From NCBI GenBank assembly GCA_016700375.1, contig CP065016.1, forward strand, positions 1,200,001 through 1,232,000: 32,000 nt of DNA, read 5' to 3'. The translations under genes were made by a program, and so were the position numbers. Position 1 is the stretch's first letter, and each line of letters opens with the position of its first letter. The DNA is from Candidatus Saccharimonadota bacterium (lineage in GTDB: Bacteria > Patescibacteriota > Saccharimonadia > Saccharimonadales > UBA4665). The notes beneath the pieces are model-generated. The model saw nothing but the letters and a program-made list of their open reading frames with translations. It searched no databases and was not told where the DNA came from. Below, in pieces: positions 8,304 through 16,138 of the stretch.

Positions 8304-8957
8304 ATGAAGATTCAAGTCATTACGCTTTTTCCCGAAATGTTTACCGGTGTGCTTGGTAGTAGCATGCTCTGGAAAGCGGCTGACAGGGGTATTGTAGAGT
8401 ACGAGTTTATAAACCTGCGTGAGTTTGGGCTCGGCCCACGACAGCAGGTAGACGACACTCCCTATGGCGGCGGCGATGGCATGCTTCTTATGGTGGAGCC
8501 ACTGGTGGCCGCCATAGAACATGCACAAAGCAGGGCAAAGGGCAAAGGGCAAAGGGCAAAAGTCTTGCTGCCAACCCCGCGAGGGAAGCTATACAAACAG
8601 TCAGATGCCAAGCGACTCGCCGCCGAAGAACAAGGTCTCATCATTATCTGTCCGCGCTACGAAGGCTATGACGAGCGTGTCACGAAATGGGTTGACGAAC
8701 AATTTTGCGTGGGTAACTATGTGCTGACCGGTGGCGAGCTGCCGGCAATGACTATCATAGACAGCGTTGTGCGCTTGTTACCTGGCGTGCTCGGGGGTGA
8801 AACCAGTGCTGAAAACGAGTCATTTCAGGATGACGACGAAAGCATAGAATACCCACAGTACACTCGCCCAGAAGTGTTCAAGGATATGAACGTACCCGAT
8901 GTCCTACTATCCGGCCACCACGCCGAAATCGCCAAATGGCGCAATTCGTCAAATTAG
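8304..8957 (+). CDS. trmD: tRNA (guanine37-N1)-methyltransferase
   Basis: MKIQVITLFPEMF..., DDTPYGGGDGM and ICPRYEGYDERV are canonical TrmD motifs. There is no SD; a TATACT box at 8291-8296 lies 7 nt before the ATG. Confidence 0.92.
   Translation: MKIQVITLFPEMFTGVLGSSMLWKAADRGIVEYEFINLREFGLGPRQQVDDTPYGGGDGMLLMVEPLVAAIEHAQSRAKGKGQRAKVLLPTPRGKLYKQSDAKRLAAEEQGLIIICPRYEGYDERVTKWVDEQFCVGNYVLTGGELPAMTIIDSVVRLLPGVLGGETSAENESFQDDDESIEYPQYTRPEVFKDMNVPDVLLSGHHAEIAKWRNSSN
8533..8560 (+). repeat. Perfect heptanucleotide repeat (GGGCAAA)x4 inside the trmD coding sequence
   Basis: Direct reading gives GGGCAAA at 8533, 8540, 8547 and 8554. It encodes part of the AQSRAKGKGQRAK linker. Confidence 0.95.
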
Positions 8958-8995
8958 ACGCGCCGGGGTATACTTATCGTACTAGGAGGCTTTTT

Positions 8996-9376
8996 ATGAA
9001 GTTATTTCGAATTAAACCGGTGTATGCGCATTGTGATTTGCCGTGTGGGGTGTACGACCCGGCGCAGGCGCGGATAGAGGCCGAGAGCGTAAAGGCCATG
9101 ATGCAGAAGTACGAGGGTCTAGACGAGCACAACAAAATGCGCGCAGTCATACTTATAGAGGAGCGGGCTGAGTTAGTGAAGCACCACCTGTGGGTGCTAT
9201 GGACTGATTACTTTAAGTCACCACACCTTGAAAAATACCCAGATTTGCATGAGAAATTCTGGCTGGCAACAAAGCAAGCTGGCGAGTGCAAGCACCATCT
9301 CGACGTGGCCGAGGCAGATAAGCTCCTTGCCATGATAGACGATATTGCAAAAATCTTTTGGGAGACCAAAAAGTAG
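8996..9376 (+). CDS. sodN: Nickel superoxide dismutase precursor
   Basis: The Ni-hook HCDLPCGVYDPAQARIEAESVKA follows a short pro-peptide (MKLFRIKPVYA), and the C-terminus is IFWETKK. An AGGAGG SD lies at 8984-8989. Similarity to Streptomyces SodN is close, from memory. Confidence 0.9.
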   Translation: MKLFRIKPVYAHCDLPCGVYDPAQARIEAESVKAMMQKYEGLDEHNKMRAVILIEERAELVKHHLWVLWTDYFKSPHLEKYPDLHEKFWLATKQAGECKHHLDVAEADKLLAMIDDIAKIFWETKK

Positions 9377-9387
9377 AATCAAGAGAC

Positions 9388-9690
9388 ATGAGTCAAGAGG
9401 CAAGAAAACGCTCAAAAATATTCCTTATCAGGCGGGTGGTCGGTAAGAGTATGTGGCCGGTGCTTGACCCCGACCAAGTTGTTGTAGTTTTACGAAAAAC
9501 AAGGTATTTCCCTGAGGAAGTGGTGGTAATTCTGCACAATGGGAAAGAAAAAATAAAACGTATTAGAACAGTTGAGGGCAAGAAGTATGATGTGCGGGGC
9601 GATAACCCTTCGCAAAGTACCGATAGCCGTCACTTTGGGCTTGTGCGACTCGAGGATATTTTAGGTAAAGTTGTTTGGCCAAGAGTGTAA
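9388..9690 (+). CDS. sodX: NiSOD maturation protease (S26 signal-peptidase-like)
   Basis: GKSMWPVL (GxSMxPxL Ser-protease motif). It is small and lies immediately downstream of sodN. An alternative TTG start at 9358 would overlap the sodN end. Confidence 0.72.
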   Translation: MSQEARKRSKIFLIRRVVGKSMWPVLDPDQVVVVLRKTRYFPEEVVVILHNGKEKIKRIRTVEGKKYDVRGDNPSQSTDSRHFGLVRLEDILGKVVWPRV

Positions 9691-9855
9691 ACGCCCTTAA
9701 GTTCAACAGGCTAAGAATTGCATGGGTATGTGACTTTTTGCGCAAAGTTGTTTGTTTGCACACAAATTTCATGAAGGTGCTAACTGTAAGATTTTTCATA
9801 GTTAAGCTGCGGTTAGTGAGAGTACTATACTATGTATAGGCGAGGAGTGTTTAGT

Positions 9856-10068
9856 ATGGCACAGAAACCAGGCAAAGGGTGGCATGGTGATTCAGCGGGG
9901 CATGCTCGCGCTGGTCGAAAAGGCGGTAAAATCAGTTCTGGTAACTTCAAGAATAACCCAGAACGAGCATCGGCTGCTGGCAAGATTGGCGGTGCAGTTA
10001 GCCCCGGTAATTTTAAAAACAACCCAGAACGAGCCCGCGAGGCTGGTCGTAAGGGCGGACAATCGTAG
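9856..10068 (+). CDS. KGG-repeat general stress protein (YciG-like)
   Basis: Repeated GGxxSxGNFKNNPERAxxAGxKGG units match the stress-induced KGG motif. A GAGGAG SD lies 8 nt upstream of the ATG. Confidence 0.72.
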   Translation: MAQKPGKGWHGDSAGHARAGRKGGKISSGNFKNNPERASAAGKIGGAVSPGNFKNNPERAREAGRKGGQS

Positions 10069-10184
10069 GTTTTTCTAACAACCTAGCGTAGTTGTATTAT
10101 TTATCACACCAAATATGTGAATTGTATTACTGCCGTCAGCCGATACTCAGGGTAGTATATGAGTATCATACGGGAGGAATGCGT

Positions 10185-10319
10185 ATGAACACCATATTTA
10201 CACAAACATTTAACTTGCAACCTCGCAGCGAAGCCGAGCTTCAGGCGGTCATACGACGCTTTGAAGCGAAGTGGCAGCGCCGCAGGCGGGCACATCGTAT
10301 TGCGGGGTTTGCGCTCTAA
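10185..10319 (+). CDS. Possible 44-aa Arg-rich peptide
   Basis: A GGGAGGA SD at 10172-10178 lies 6 nt before the ATG. No homology is recognisable and it may be non-coding. Confidence 0.25.
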   Translation: MNTIFTQTFNLQPRSEAELQAVIRRFEAKWQRRRRAHRIAGFAL

Positions 10320-10410
10320 GCGCACACAGTATGCATATGATACATACCAGCAAGAAAATGTGAAGAGCCTCGGCAACCCGGGGCTCTTAGTATATGCAAG
10401 TACGTGTAGC

Positions 10411-11550
10411 CTAATTTTGTGGGGTCTTATGAGCGGAGCCAACTGCCTCGCTAATATTCGCGAAATTATCGCGTTTTAGTAGTTCTACAAGCTCACGGTT
10501 GATTTGACCAATTTGCTGCGGGCCTTCATAAATCATGCCGGTAATAAGTTCTACTAGGTTTGCGCCGAGGCAAATTTTGCGGTAGGCGTCTTGAGCGCTA
10601 AACACACCACCGACTCCTACGATAGTTAGTCGACCAGCATAATTTGCGTAGGTAAGGCGTATTAGTTCGTTGCTGGGTGCTTGTGTGGGGAGGCCGCTCA
10701 GGTTCCCTTTTACTTCATTTGGCAAATCTTGGGGCGGTATTTCACCTCGATTCTTCTGCAGGTTACCTATGGTGATGCCCTGTACTCGGTGGCTGATAAT
10801 TACCTGAAGCAGCGCATTGAACTCAGGCCAGGCAAGGTCAATTGGCATCTTTACCCAAACTGGCTTGACGATGTTTAGGGCATCTACGGCTACAAGCAGT
10901 TGCCCAAGCCGCAATGGGTCAGTGAAGGGCTCACCGCCGTACGCATTCGGGCACGATATATTTATTTCTATGGCGCTCACCTGCGGTTGGTTTTGCAGCA
11001 GGCTCAGGCTGCCAATGTAGTCCGCTATGGCACTCGGGTCATCACACGCTTCGGGGCTATTTGTTTTTGCCACTGATACCACGAGTGGAAACTGTTCAAA
11101 TTGAGATGCTCTATACGTCCGCAGCCTTTCCATAACGGCTTGGGTGCCTTCGTTTGCTAGGCCAACATTTACAACCAGTGACTTTTGGTTTGGTAGGCGG
11201 TAAAACCATGGTCGAGGATTGCCGTTGTATTCGTGAAACGTCACCGAACCACCGGTCATAAACCCAAACCCCACTGCTTTCATGGTGGGTGCAAGTTCAA
11301 TATTTTTATCGAAACCAGCTGCAAGTCCTACCGGATTGGGAAAGTGAATTCCGTTTACGCTCTGACTGAGAGCCGCACTGTTCTGGTAGCTCAATAGTTT
11401 TGAAGCAAGACTATCCGTGAATGGGTATTTTTGCCGGAGCCTGCTCATGCGCAGTAGCCTGGCATGGACATCGTCGGGGCTGGATTTGAACAGTATAGGC
11501 TTAACAATGTTTCGGTACGTCGTTCGACTAATTGCGGTGAAGAAGGGCAT
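10411..11550 (-). CDS. pyrD: Dihydroorotate dehydrogenase (class-2-like architecture)
   Basis: N-terminal extension KPILFKSSPDDVHARLL (compare E. coli RKALFQLDPERAH), then NPVGLAAGFDKN, GFGFMTGGSVT, INISCPNA and IVGVGGV. A TATACT box lies 6 nt upstream of the ATG and there is no SD. Confidence 0.9.
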   Translation of the reverse strand: MPFFTAISRTTYRNIVKPILFKSSPDDVHARLLRMSRLRQKYPFTDSLASKLLSYQNSAALSQSVNGIHFPNPVGLAAGFDKNIELAPTMKAVGFGFMTGGSVTFHEYNGNPRPWFYRLPNQKSLVVNVGLANEGTQAVMERLRTYRASQFEQFPLVVSVAKTNSPEACDDPSAIADYIGSLSLLQNQPQVSAIEINISCPNAYGGEPFTDPLRLGQLLVAVDALNIVKPVWVKMPIDLAWPEFNALLQVIISHRVQGITIGNLQKNRGEIPPQDLPNEVKGNLSGLPTQAPSNELIRLTYANYAGRLTIVGVGGVFSAQDAYRKICLGANLVELITGMIYEGPQQIGQINRELVELLKRDNFANISEAVGSAHKTPQN

Positions 11551-11627
11551 ACATACAGTATAGCGAAGACTTGTTATTTTTTGCCGAAAAGCGCATTATG
11601 GAAACACAAGGTAAGAGGGAGGTTAGT

Positions 11628-11804
11628 ATGGCAAAGTTTGAAGTTTATGAGAGTAAAAGTGGCTGGCGCTGGCGCCTGAAGGCCGGTAATGGTGAAGTTG
11701 TCGCAACTGGCGAAGAATACACTACCAAAGACGGTGCGGTTCGTGGCTGTGAGGCAGTTGCTCGTGCGGCCGCAGACGCTGAAGTGGTAGAAGTCGAAAG
11801 CTAG
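11628..11804 (+). CDS. DUF1508 (YegP-like) protein
   Basis: MAKFEVYESKSGWRWRLKAGNGEVVATGEEYTTKDGAVRG is the YegP repeat pattern. A GGGAGG SD lies upstream. Confidence 0.75.
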   Translation: MAKFEVYESKSGWRWRLKAGNGEVVATGEEYTTKDGAVRGCEAVARAAADAEVVEVES

Positions 11805-11824
11805 AACTCCCACTTTCAAACGAG

Positions 11825-11857
11825 AAAACCCCATGAAACCTTGGGGTTTTTCTTTTT
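11825..11857 (+). terminator. Intrinsic terminator after the DUF1508 gene
   Basis: Stem AAAACCCCA / TGGGGTTTT with an 8-nt loop, followed by TCTTTTT. Confidence 0.7.
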
Positions 11858-11882
11858 AAGGTGTAGGTGGGACAATGGTGCT

Positions 11883-12356
11883 ATGCAGGAGGAAAAAGCT
11901 AAAATTCGCAAGAAACTTTTGGCACAAAGAAAGGCGCTTACTAAGGAGGTTATTTCCGAAGACAGTCTGAAGATTGCGCGCCAGGTGCGAAAGGCTGCTA
12001 ACTGGCAGCAGGTTCATAGTGTACATATGTACCGCTCACTCCCAGCGCTTGGCGAAATAGACACGCAGCCTATCATCGACTGGCTGGCGGTAGCTTACCC
12101 CGACATTTGCGTGACGGTTGGTGAGGGCGCGCTCGATGCACCATTTCCCGAGGGTTTATACGACGTTATTTTCGTCCCGGTGCTTGGTTTTGACAGAGGC
12201 GGGTTTCGTCTGGGAATGGGCGGCGGCTGGTATGACCGCTGGTTGAAAATGCAGCCTCAGGCGCACAAAATAGGCCTCGCTTATGCCTGGGCAGAGTTAC
12301 AAAATCTGCCCCACGAACCTCATGATGTTCCCCTGGACCAAGTTCTCACTGGGTAG
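11883..12356 (+). CDS. 5-formyltetrahydrofolate cyclo-ligase
   Basis: KIRKKLLAQRKAL N-terminus and the MGGGWYDR motif. The ORF-track start at 11841 lies inside the upstream terminator, so the ATG at 11883 is preferred. Confidence 0.78.
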   Translation: MQEEKAKIRKKLLAQRKALTKEVISEDSLKIARQVRKAANWQQVHSVHMYRSLPALGEIDTQPIIDWLAVAYPDICVTVGEGALDAPFPEGLYDVIFVPVLGFDRGGFRLGMGGGWYDRWLKMQPQAHKIGLAYAWAELQNLPHEPHDVPLDQVLTG

Positions 12357-12357
12357 G

Positions 12358-13986
12358 TTATTGCATGTTACGCCACAGTTGCAGCAGCTGGGTTGTCGAT
12401 GAATCATATGAGCCCGTCGTCTTGCCAGATGTATCTTCATAGAGATTTTTGGCGAGAACTTTACCGAGCTCAACACCCCATTGGTCGAAACTGTCTATAC
12501 CCCATATTGCGCCTTGAACGAAAATTTTGTGCTCATAGAGAGCGATGAGTTGACCAAGGGCGTAAGGAGTGAGCTTCGCTAGGAGCAGGGTGTTCGATGG
12601 CCGGTTACCGGGGAATGTTTTGTGCGGTATGAGTTCTTCGGTGGCCCCTTCGGCGCAGACTTCATCGGCCGTTTTGCCAAACGCAAGGGCTTGGCTTTGT
12701 GCCAGCATATTTGCCACGAGTTTGCGCTGGTGTGTGCCCTGTTCATCGGGGTCATTGAGTGAACGTGCAAACCCAATGAAGTCACATGGGATAAGCCGGG
12801 TTCCTTGGTGGATGAGCTGGTAAAACGCGTGCTGGCCATTCGTGCCCGGTTCGCCCCATATAATCGGGCCGGTGTGGTAGGTGGTGGTGCTGCCATCGCG
12901 CCGAACGCGCTTGCCGTTACTTTCCATGTTGCCTTGCTGGAAGTAGGCGGGAAAGCGGTGAAGGTACTGGTCGTATGGGAGGATTGCCTCGGTTTCAGCC
13001 CCTAAGAAAGTTGTGTTCCAGAGGCCTATGAGGGCCATAATGGCAGGAAGGTTTTCTTCAAGCGGGGCAGTGCGAAAATGCTCATCCATGTCGTAAAAAC
13101 CGTGCAGCATCTCGTCGAAGTTTTCGGGGCCAATTGCGAGCATGATGCTGAGGCCGATTGCGCTCGTCAGGCTGTAGCGCCCGCCGACCCAGTCCCAAAA
13201 CTGGAACATATTTGCCGGGTCAATCCCGAAGGTCTGGACGGCTTCCGTGTTGGTGCTGAGCGCGACGAAATGCCTTGCCACCGCCGCTTCGTCATGCAGT
13301 ACCGCCAGTAGCCACTGTTTGGCTGTGGTGGCATTGGTCATGGTTTCGTCGGTAGTGAAGGTCTTGCTGGCAATGATAAAGAGGGTTTCTTCGGGGTTAA
13401 GTCTACCAAGTGTTTCAGCAATATGTGTGCCATCTATGTTCGATACAAAGTGTACCTGTAGGTCGCGTTTGCTATAAAACTTTAGTGCTTCGGTGACCAT
13501 GACAGGGCCAAGGTCGGAACCGCCAATCCCAATATTAATGACGTGTTTGATGGGCTGGCCCGTAAAGCCCTTCCATTCGCCGCCCCGCACCGCCACGCTA
13601 AATTCCCGCATGTGGCGTAGTTCTTCTCGTACGTTTGGCATAACATCTTCGCCGTCGAGCTCGATGGGACGGTCAGATAGATTGCGCAGGGCGGTGTGTA
13701 GCACAGCGCGGTTTTCGGTAGTGTTGATTTTTTCGCCGGCAAACATGGCATCGCGAAGGCTTTCGACCTGACACTCCTGCGCCAAGCCGAAAAGGAGTTG
13801 GAGGGTTTCATCGGTAACAATATTCTTTGAATAGTCGAGGTATACATCGCCTACTTGCTTTGCTAGGCGCTGACCGCGCTCTGGGTCTCCCGCAAAAAGG
13901 TCGCGAAGGGTTTGGGAAAAATTGTCTTTATGTTCCTGAAGTTTTTGCCAAGAAGCCGTATTTGTTGGGTCAAGTGCGTCTACCAT
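12358..13986 (-). CDS. pgi: Glucose-6-phosphate isomerase
   Basis: 542 aa with PGI signatures [15 protein letters not shown] and [25 protein letters not shown] box lies 6 nt upstream of the ATG and there is no SD. Confidence 0.95.
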   Translation of the reverse strand: MVDALDPTNTASWQKLQEHKDNFSQTLRDLFAGDPERGQRLAKQVGDVYLDYSKNIVTDETLQLLFGLAQECQVESLRDAMFAGEKINTTENRAVLHTALRNLSDRPIELDGEDVMPNVREELRHMREFSVAVRGGEWKGFTGQPIKHVINIGIGGSDLGPVMVTEALKFYSKRDLQVHFVSNIDGTHIAETLGRLNPEETLFIIASKTFTTDETMTNATTAKQWLLAVLHDEAAVARHFVALSTNTEAVQTFGIDPANMFQFWDWVGGRYSLTSAIGLSIMLAIGPENFDEMLHGFYDMDEHFRTAPLEENLPAIMALIGLWNTTFLGAETEAILPYDQYLHRFPAYFQQGNMESNGKRVRRDGSTTTYHTGPIIWGEPGTNGQHAFYQLIHQGTRLIPCDFIGFARSLNDPDEQGTHQRKLVANMLAQSQALAFGKTADEVCAEGATEELIPHKTFPGNRPSNTLLLAKLTPYALGQLIALYEHKIFVQGAIWGIDSFDQWGVELGKVLAKNLYEDTSGKTTGSYDSSTTQLLQLWRNMQ

Positions 13987-14012
13987 GCTTACACTATAGC
14001 ACTCATGGCTTT

Positions 14013-14219
14013 GTCACCCTGAATAAAGTGAAGAATATCTCCCCAGTCTTTTCATTCCCATCCCCCCGCCTGTCATTCCCGCCCCACAACCCAAGTCGAG
14101 GGTAAACTCCAGCGGTAATTCATGCCTTGCCACCAACAAAAGCCTTGTCATTCCCGCGCAAGCGGGAATCCATGCGCTTTTTCAGTCCCGTCATGCTGAA
14201 CTAGTTTCAGCATCCATAC
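14013..14219. repeat. Cluster of GTCAT-type palindromic elements (2 intact hairpins plus degenerate half-sites)
   Basis: Intact hairpins: GTC-ATTCCCGC-GCAA-GCGGGAAT-CCATG (14147-14174) and GTC-ATGCTGAA-CTAGT-TTCAGCAT-CCATAC (14190-14219). Half-sites: GTCACCCTGAA (14013), TTCATTCCC (~14052) and GTCATTCCCGCC (~14072). Confidence 0.75.
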
Positions 14220-14500
14220 CCCTCCATCGGCGTCAGTGCGTCTACCGCACCTCGCAGTGTCTCCACGCCCTCCCACTGATATGCACGGTCTCGTCCGCGC
14301 GCCACGACCATCTTTTTTGGTGGCAAAAAAGCTGGCCAAAAAAGCCAGAGCAAGGCTGCGTCTCTCGGTGTCAGGTTGTCAGTTTTGCAACCGACAAAAC
14401 AACTCACTCCACTCAGACTGCCACCGGCAGTCATTCCTTCCGTTCTAACAAGCTTTGCCGCCTGTCGGTAGCTATGCAAAGCCTGACAACATGACAGCCA
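14190..14500 (+). repeat. Hairpin-rich repeat element, copy 2 (homologous to 7659-8020)
   Basis: Same order of modules as copy 1: a GTCAT palindrome, an A/T hairpin at 14308-14335, arms 14378-14396 and 14463-14487, and a central hairpin GACTGCC-ACC-GGCAGTC at 14416-14432. Stem sequences differ from copy 1 but stay complementary. Confidence 0.6.
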
Positions 14501-14579
14501 GGTGACTACACATGCTCGTTCTAGTTGTATCCCGCCAGCGGGCTGGATGATTCCTGGCGGCCTGCGGCCGCACCAACGT

Positions 14580-14945
14580 CTAACGTCCACCATCCGAGCG
14601 TACAGCTGCCACATCTCTGGAAAACTGCGCTTTAAGCTCATCGGTATTATCGAAGTCCATGGGGGGGCGGATGAAAGGACCGAGCTGAAATGAGAGCGTT
14701 TCGCCGTAAATTTCCTGAGTAAAGTCGAGGATATGAATTTCTAGAACACGCTTGGTTTCGCGCAGGACAACTCGGGGTCCCAGGTAAAGTGCACCTCTGT
14801 AAAATTGCTTTCCCAGACGAACCTGGCAGGCGTACACGCCTTCTTTTTCTACATGCACTAATACTGCCGCATCAAGATTCGCCGTCGGAAACCCCAGCGT
14901 CCGACCGTACTCATCACCATGCTGAACAGTTGATGTATACCACAT
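14580..14945 (-). CDS. Riboflavin kinase (monofunctional, RibF C-terminal-domain type)
   Basis: GRTLGFPTANL and LEIHILDF...IYGE motifs, with no FAD-synthetase domain. The ATG at 14945 follows a GGAG; the ORF-track start at 14990 is a GTG and is an alternative. Confidence 0.72.
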   Translation of the reverse strand: MWYTSTVQHGDEYGRTLGFPTANLDAAVLVHVEKEGVYACQVRLGKQFYRGALYLGPRVVLRETKRVLEIHILDFTQEIYGETLSFQLGPFIRPPMDFDNTDELKAQFSRDVAAVRSDGGR

Positions 14946-15034
14946 ACTGCTCCAGTGTAACTTACCCGGACGCTGATACGAAATACCCACATTAATCAGC
15001 GGTAGAATAAACCGAATACCCGAATTTATTTCGG

Positions 15035-16138
15035 TTATGAAGCGGAGGGGTTAGCCCCTCCTATAATGTAACCTTTCGCGGCGAGGAGTTCGGCCATGAG
15101 AATGGCGCCGCCTGCGGCACCGCGGACGGTGTTGTGTGCGAGGGTTATGAATGTCCACTCGTGCTCACCAAGCTGGCGCAAACGTCCCATGCTTACGCCC
15201 ATGCCGTTTGCGTAGTCACGGTCTAAGCCAGTCTGTGGCCGATTATCTTCCTCAAAGTACTGAATAAGCTGCGATGGAGCTGACGGTAGGTCGAGCTCTT
15301 GCAGCGGATTTCCAAACGCAGCAACTGCCGAGATAATAGCCTCCCGAGTAGGGGCTTTCTGGAATGAAACCCGAAGTGAAGCCATGTGGCCGTCAGTTAC
15401 GGGAACACGAATACAGGTAGCAGTGATGGTCGGGCTTGTGGCGGGTATGACTGTACCATCTTTTGCTTCGCCCCAAATTTTGGTTGGCTCTTTTTCACTC
15501 TTTTCTTCTTCGCCGCCAATGAAGGGGATGACATTGTCAACCATCTCTGGCCAGGTTTCAAACGTTTTACCGGCACCAGATATAGCCTGCAGGCTGGTGA
15601 CATCTACGCTGACAGGCTCAAATTCTTTCAGCGCCGTTAGAACGGACACATATGACTGAATAGAGCAGTTTGGCTTGACAGCAATGAGTCCGGTGGTCCA
15701 CCCGCGGTTTTTACGCTGGGCATCCACTAGTGCTACATGATCAAAATTAACCTCCGGCATTATCATTGGCACATCGGGCGTCCATCGGTGGGCGGAGTTG
15801 TTTGATATAACGGCAACTCCCGCGCTAGCATAAGCTTCTTCTAAACGGCGGATGTCTTCTTTTTCCATGTCGAGGGCGCAAAAGGCAACGTCAACGCTGG
15901 CCGCAATTGTCTGCAGGTCGTCTTCCACCGAAAGCACGGTTAGATTTGCAATGGCCGTCGGGATATCCGTGGGCATAGCCCATCTGCCCGCTACGGCATC
16001 GGCATACGATTTTCCGGCAGAACGGGGTGAGGCGGCAACGGTAGTCACCGTAAACCACGGGTGGTTTTCAAGCAGTGCAATAAAACGCTGCCCGACCATG
16101 CCGGTGGCGCCGAGTACGGCAGCCTTGTATGTGTTCAT
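15035..16138 (-). CDS. asd: Aspartate-semialdehyde dehydrogenase
   Basis: MNTYKAAVLGATGMVGQRF Rossmann N-terminus and an active-site Cys in VKPNCSIQ. Its ATG overlaps the lysC stop by 1 nt (TGATG at 16140-16136). The upstream ORF-track extension was rejected. Confidence 0.88.
   Translation of the reverse strand: MNTYKAAVLGATGMVGQRFIALLENHPWFTVTTVAASPRSAGKSYADAVAGRWAMPTDIPTAIANLTVLSVEDDLQTIAASVDVAFCALDMEKEDIRRLEEAYASAGVAVISNNSAHRWTPDVPMIMPEVNFDHVALVDAQRKNRGWTTGLIAVKPNCSIQSYVSVLTALKEFEPVSVDVTSLQAISGAGKTFETWPEMVDNVIPFIGGEEEKSEKEPTKIWGEAKDGTVIPATSPTITATCIRVPVTDGHMASLRVSFQKAPTREAIISAVAAFGNPLQELDLPSAPSQLIQYFEEDNRPQTGLDRDYANGMGVSMGRLRQLGEHEWTFITLAHNTVRGAAGGAILMAELLAAKGYIIGGANPSAS

Noticed and set aside
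8936-8995. N-terminal extensions offered by the ORF track. For sodN this is 8936. Similar cases are 4045 for rpmF, 9832 for the KGG gene, 11571 for DUF1508, 11841 for the cyclo-ligase, 16180 for asd, 18692 for hom, 18684 for the response regulator and 26934 for GmrSD.
   Set aside because: In each case an internal ATG has a properly spaced SD or -10 box and matches the conserved protein N-terminus. The extensions overlap upstream genes or terminators.
10361-10389. Hairpin AAGAGCC...GGCTCTT as a terminator for pyrD or the small plus-strand ORF.
   Set aside because: There is no convincing T-tract on either strand, so it was not called as a feature.
14148-14641. Minus-strand ORFs of 63 and 144 aa between ribK and pgi.
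   Set aside because: They are built from palindromic repeat sequence (MLKLVQHD and GFPLARE strings are read-through of hairpins). The longer one overlaps the ribK 3' end.
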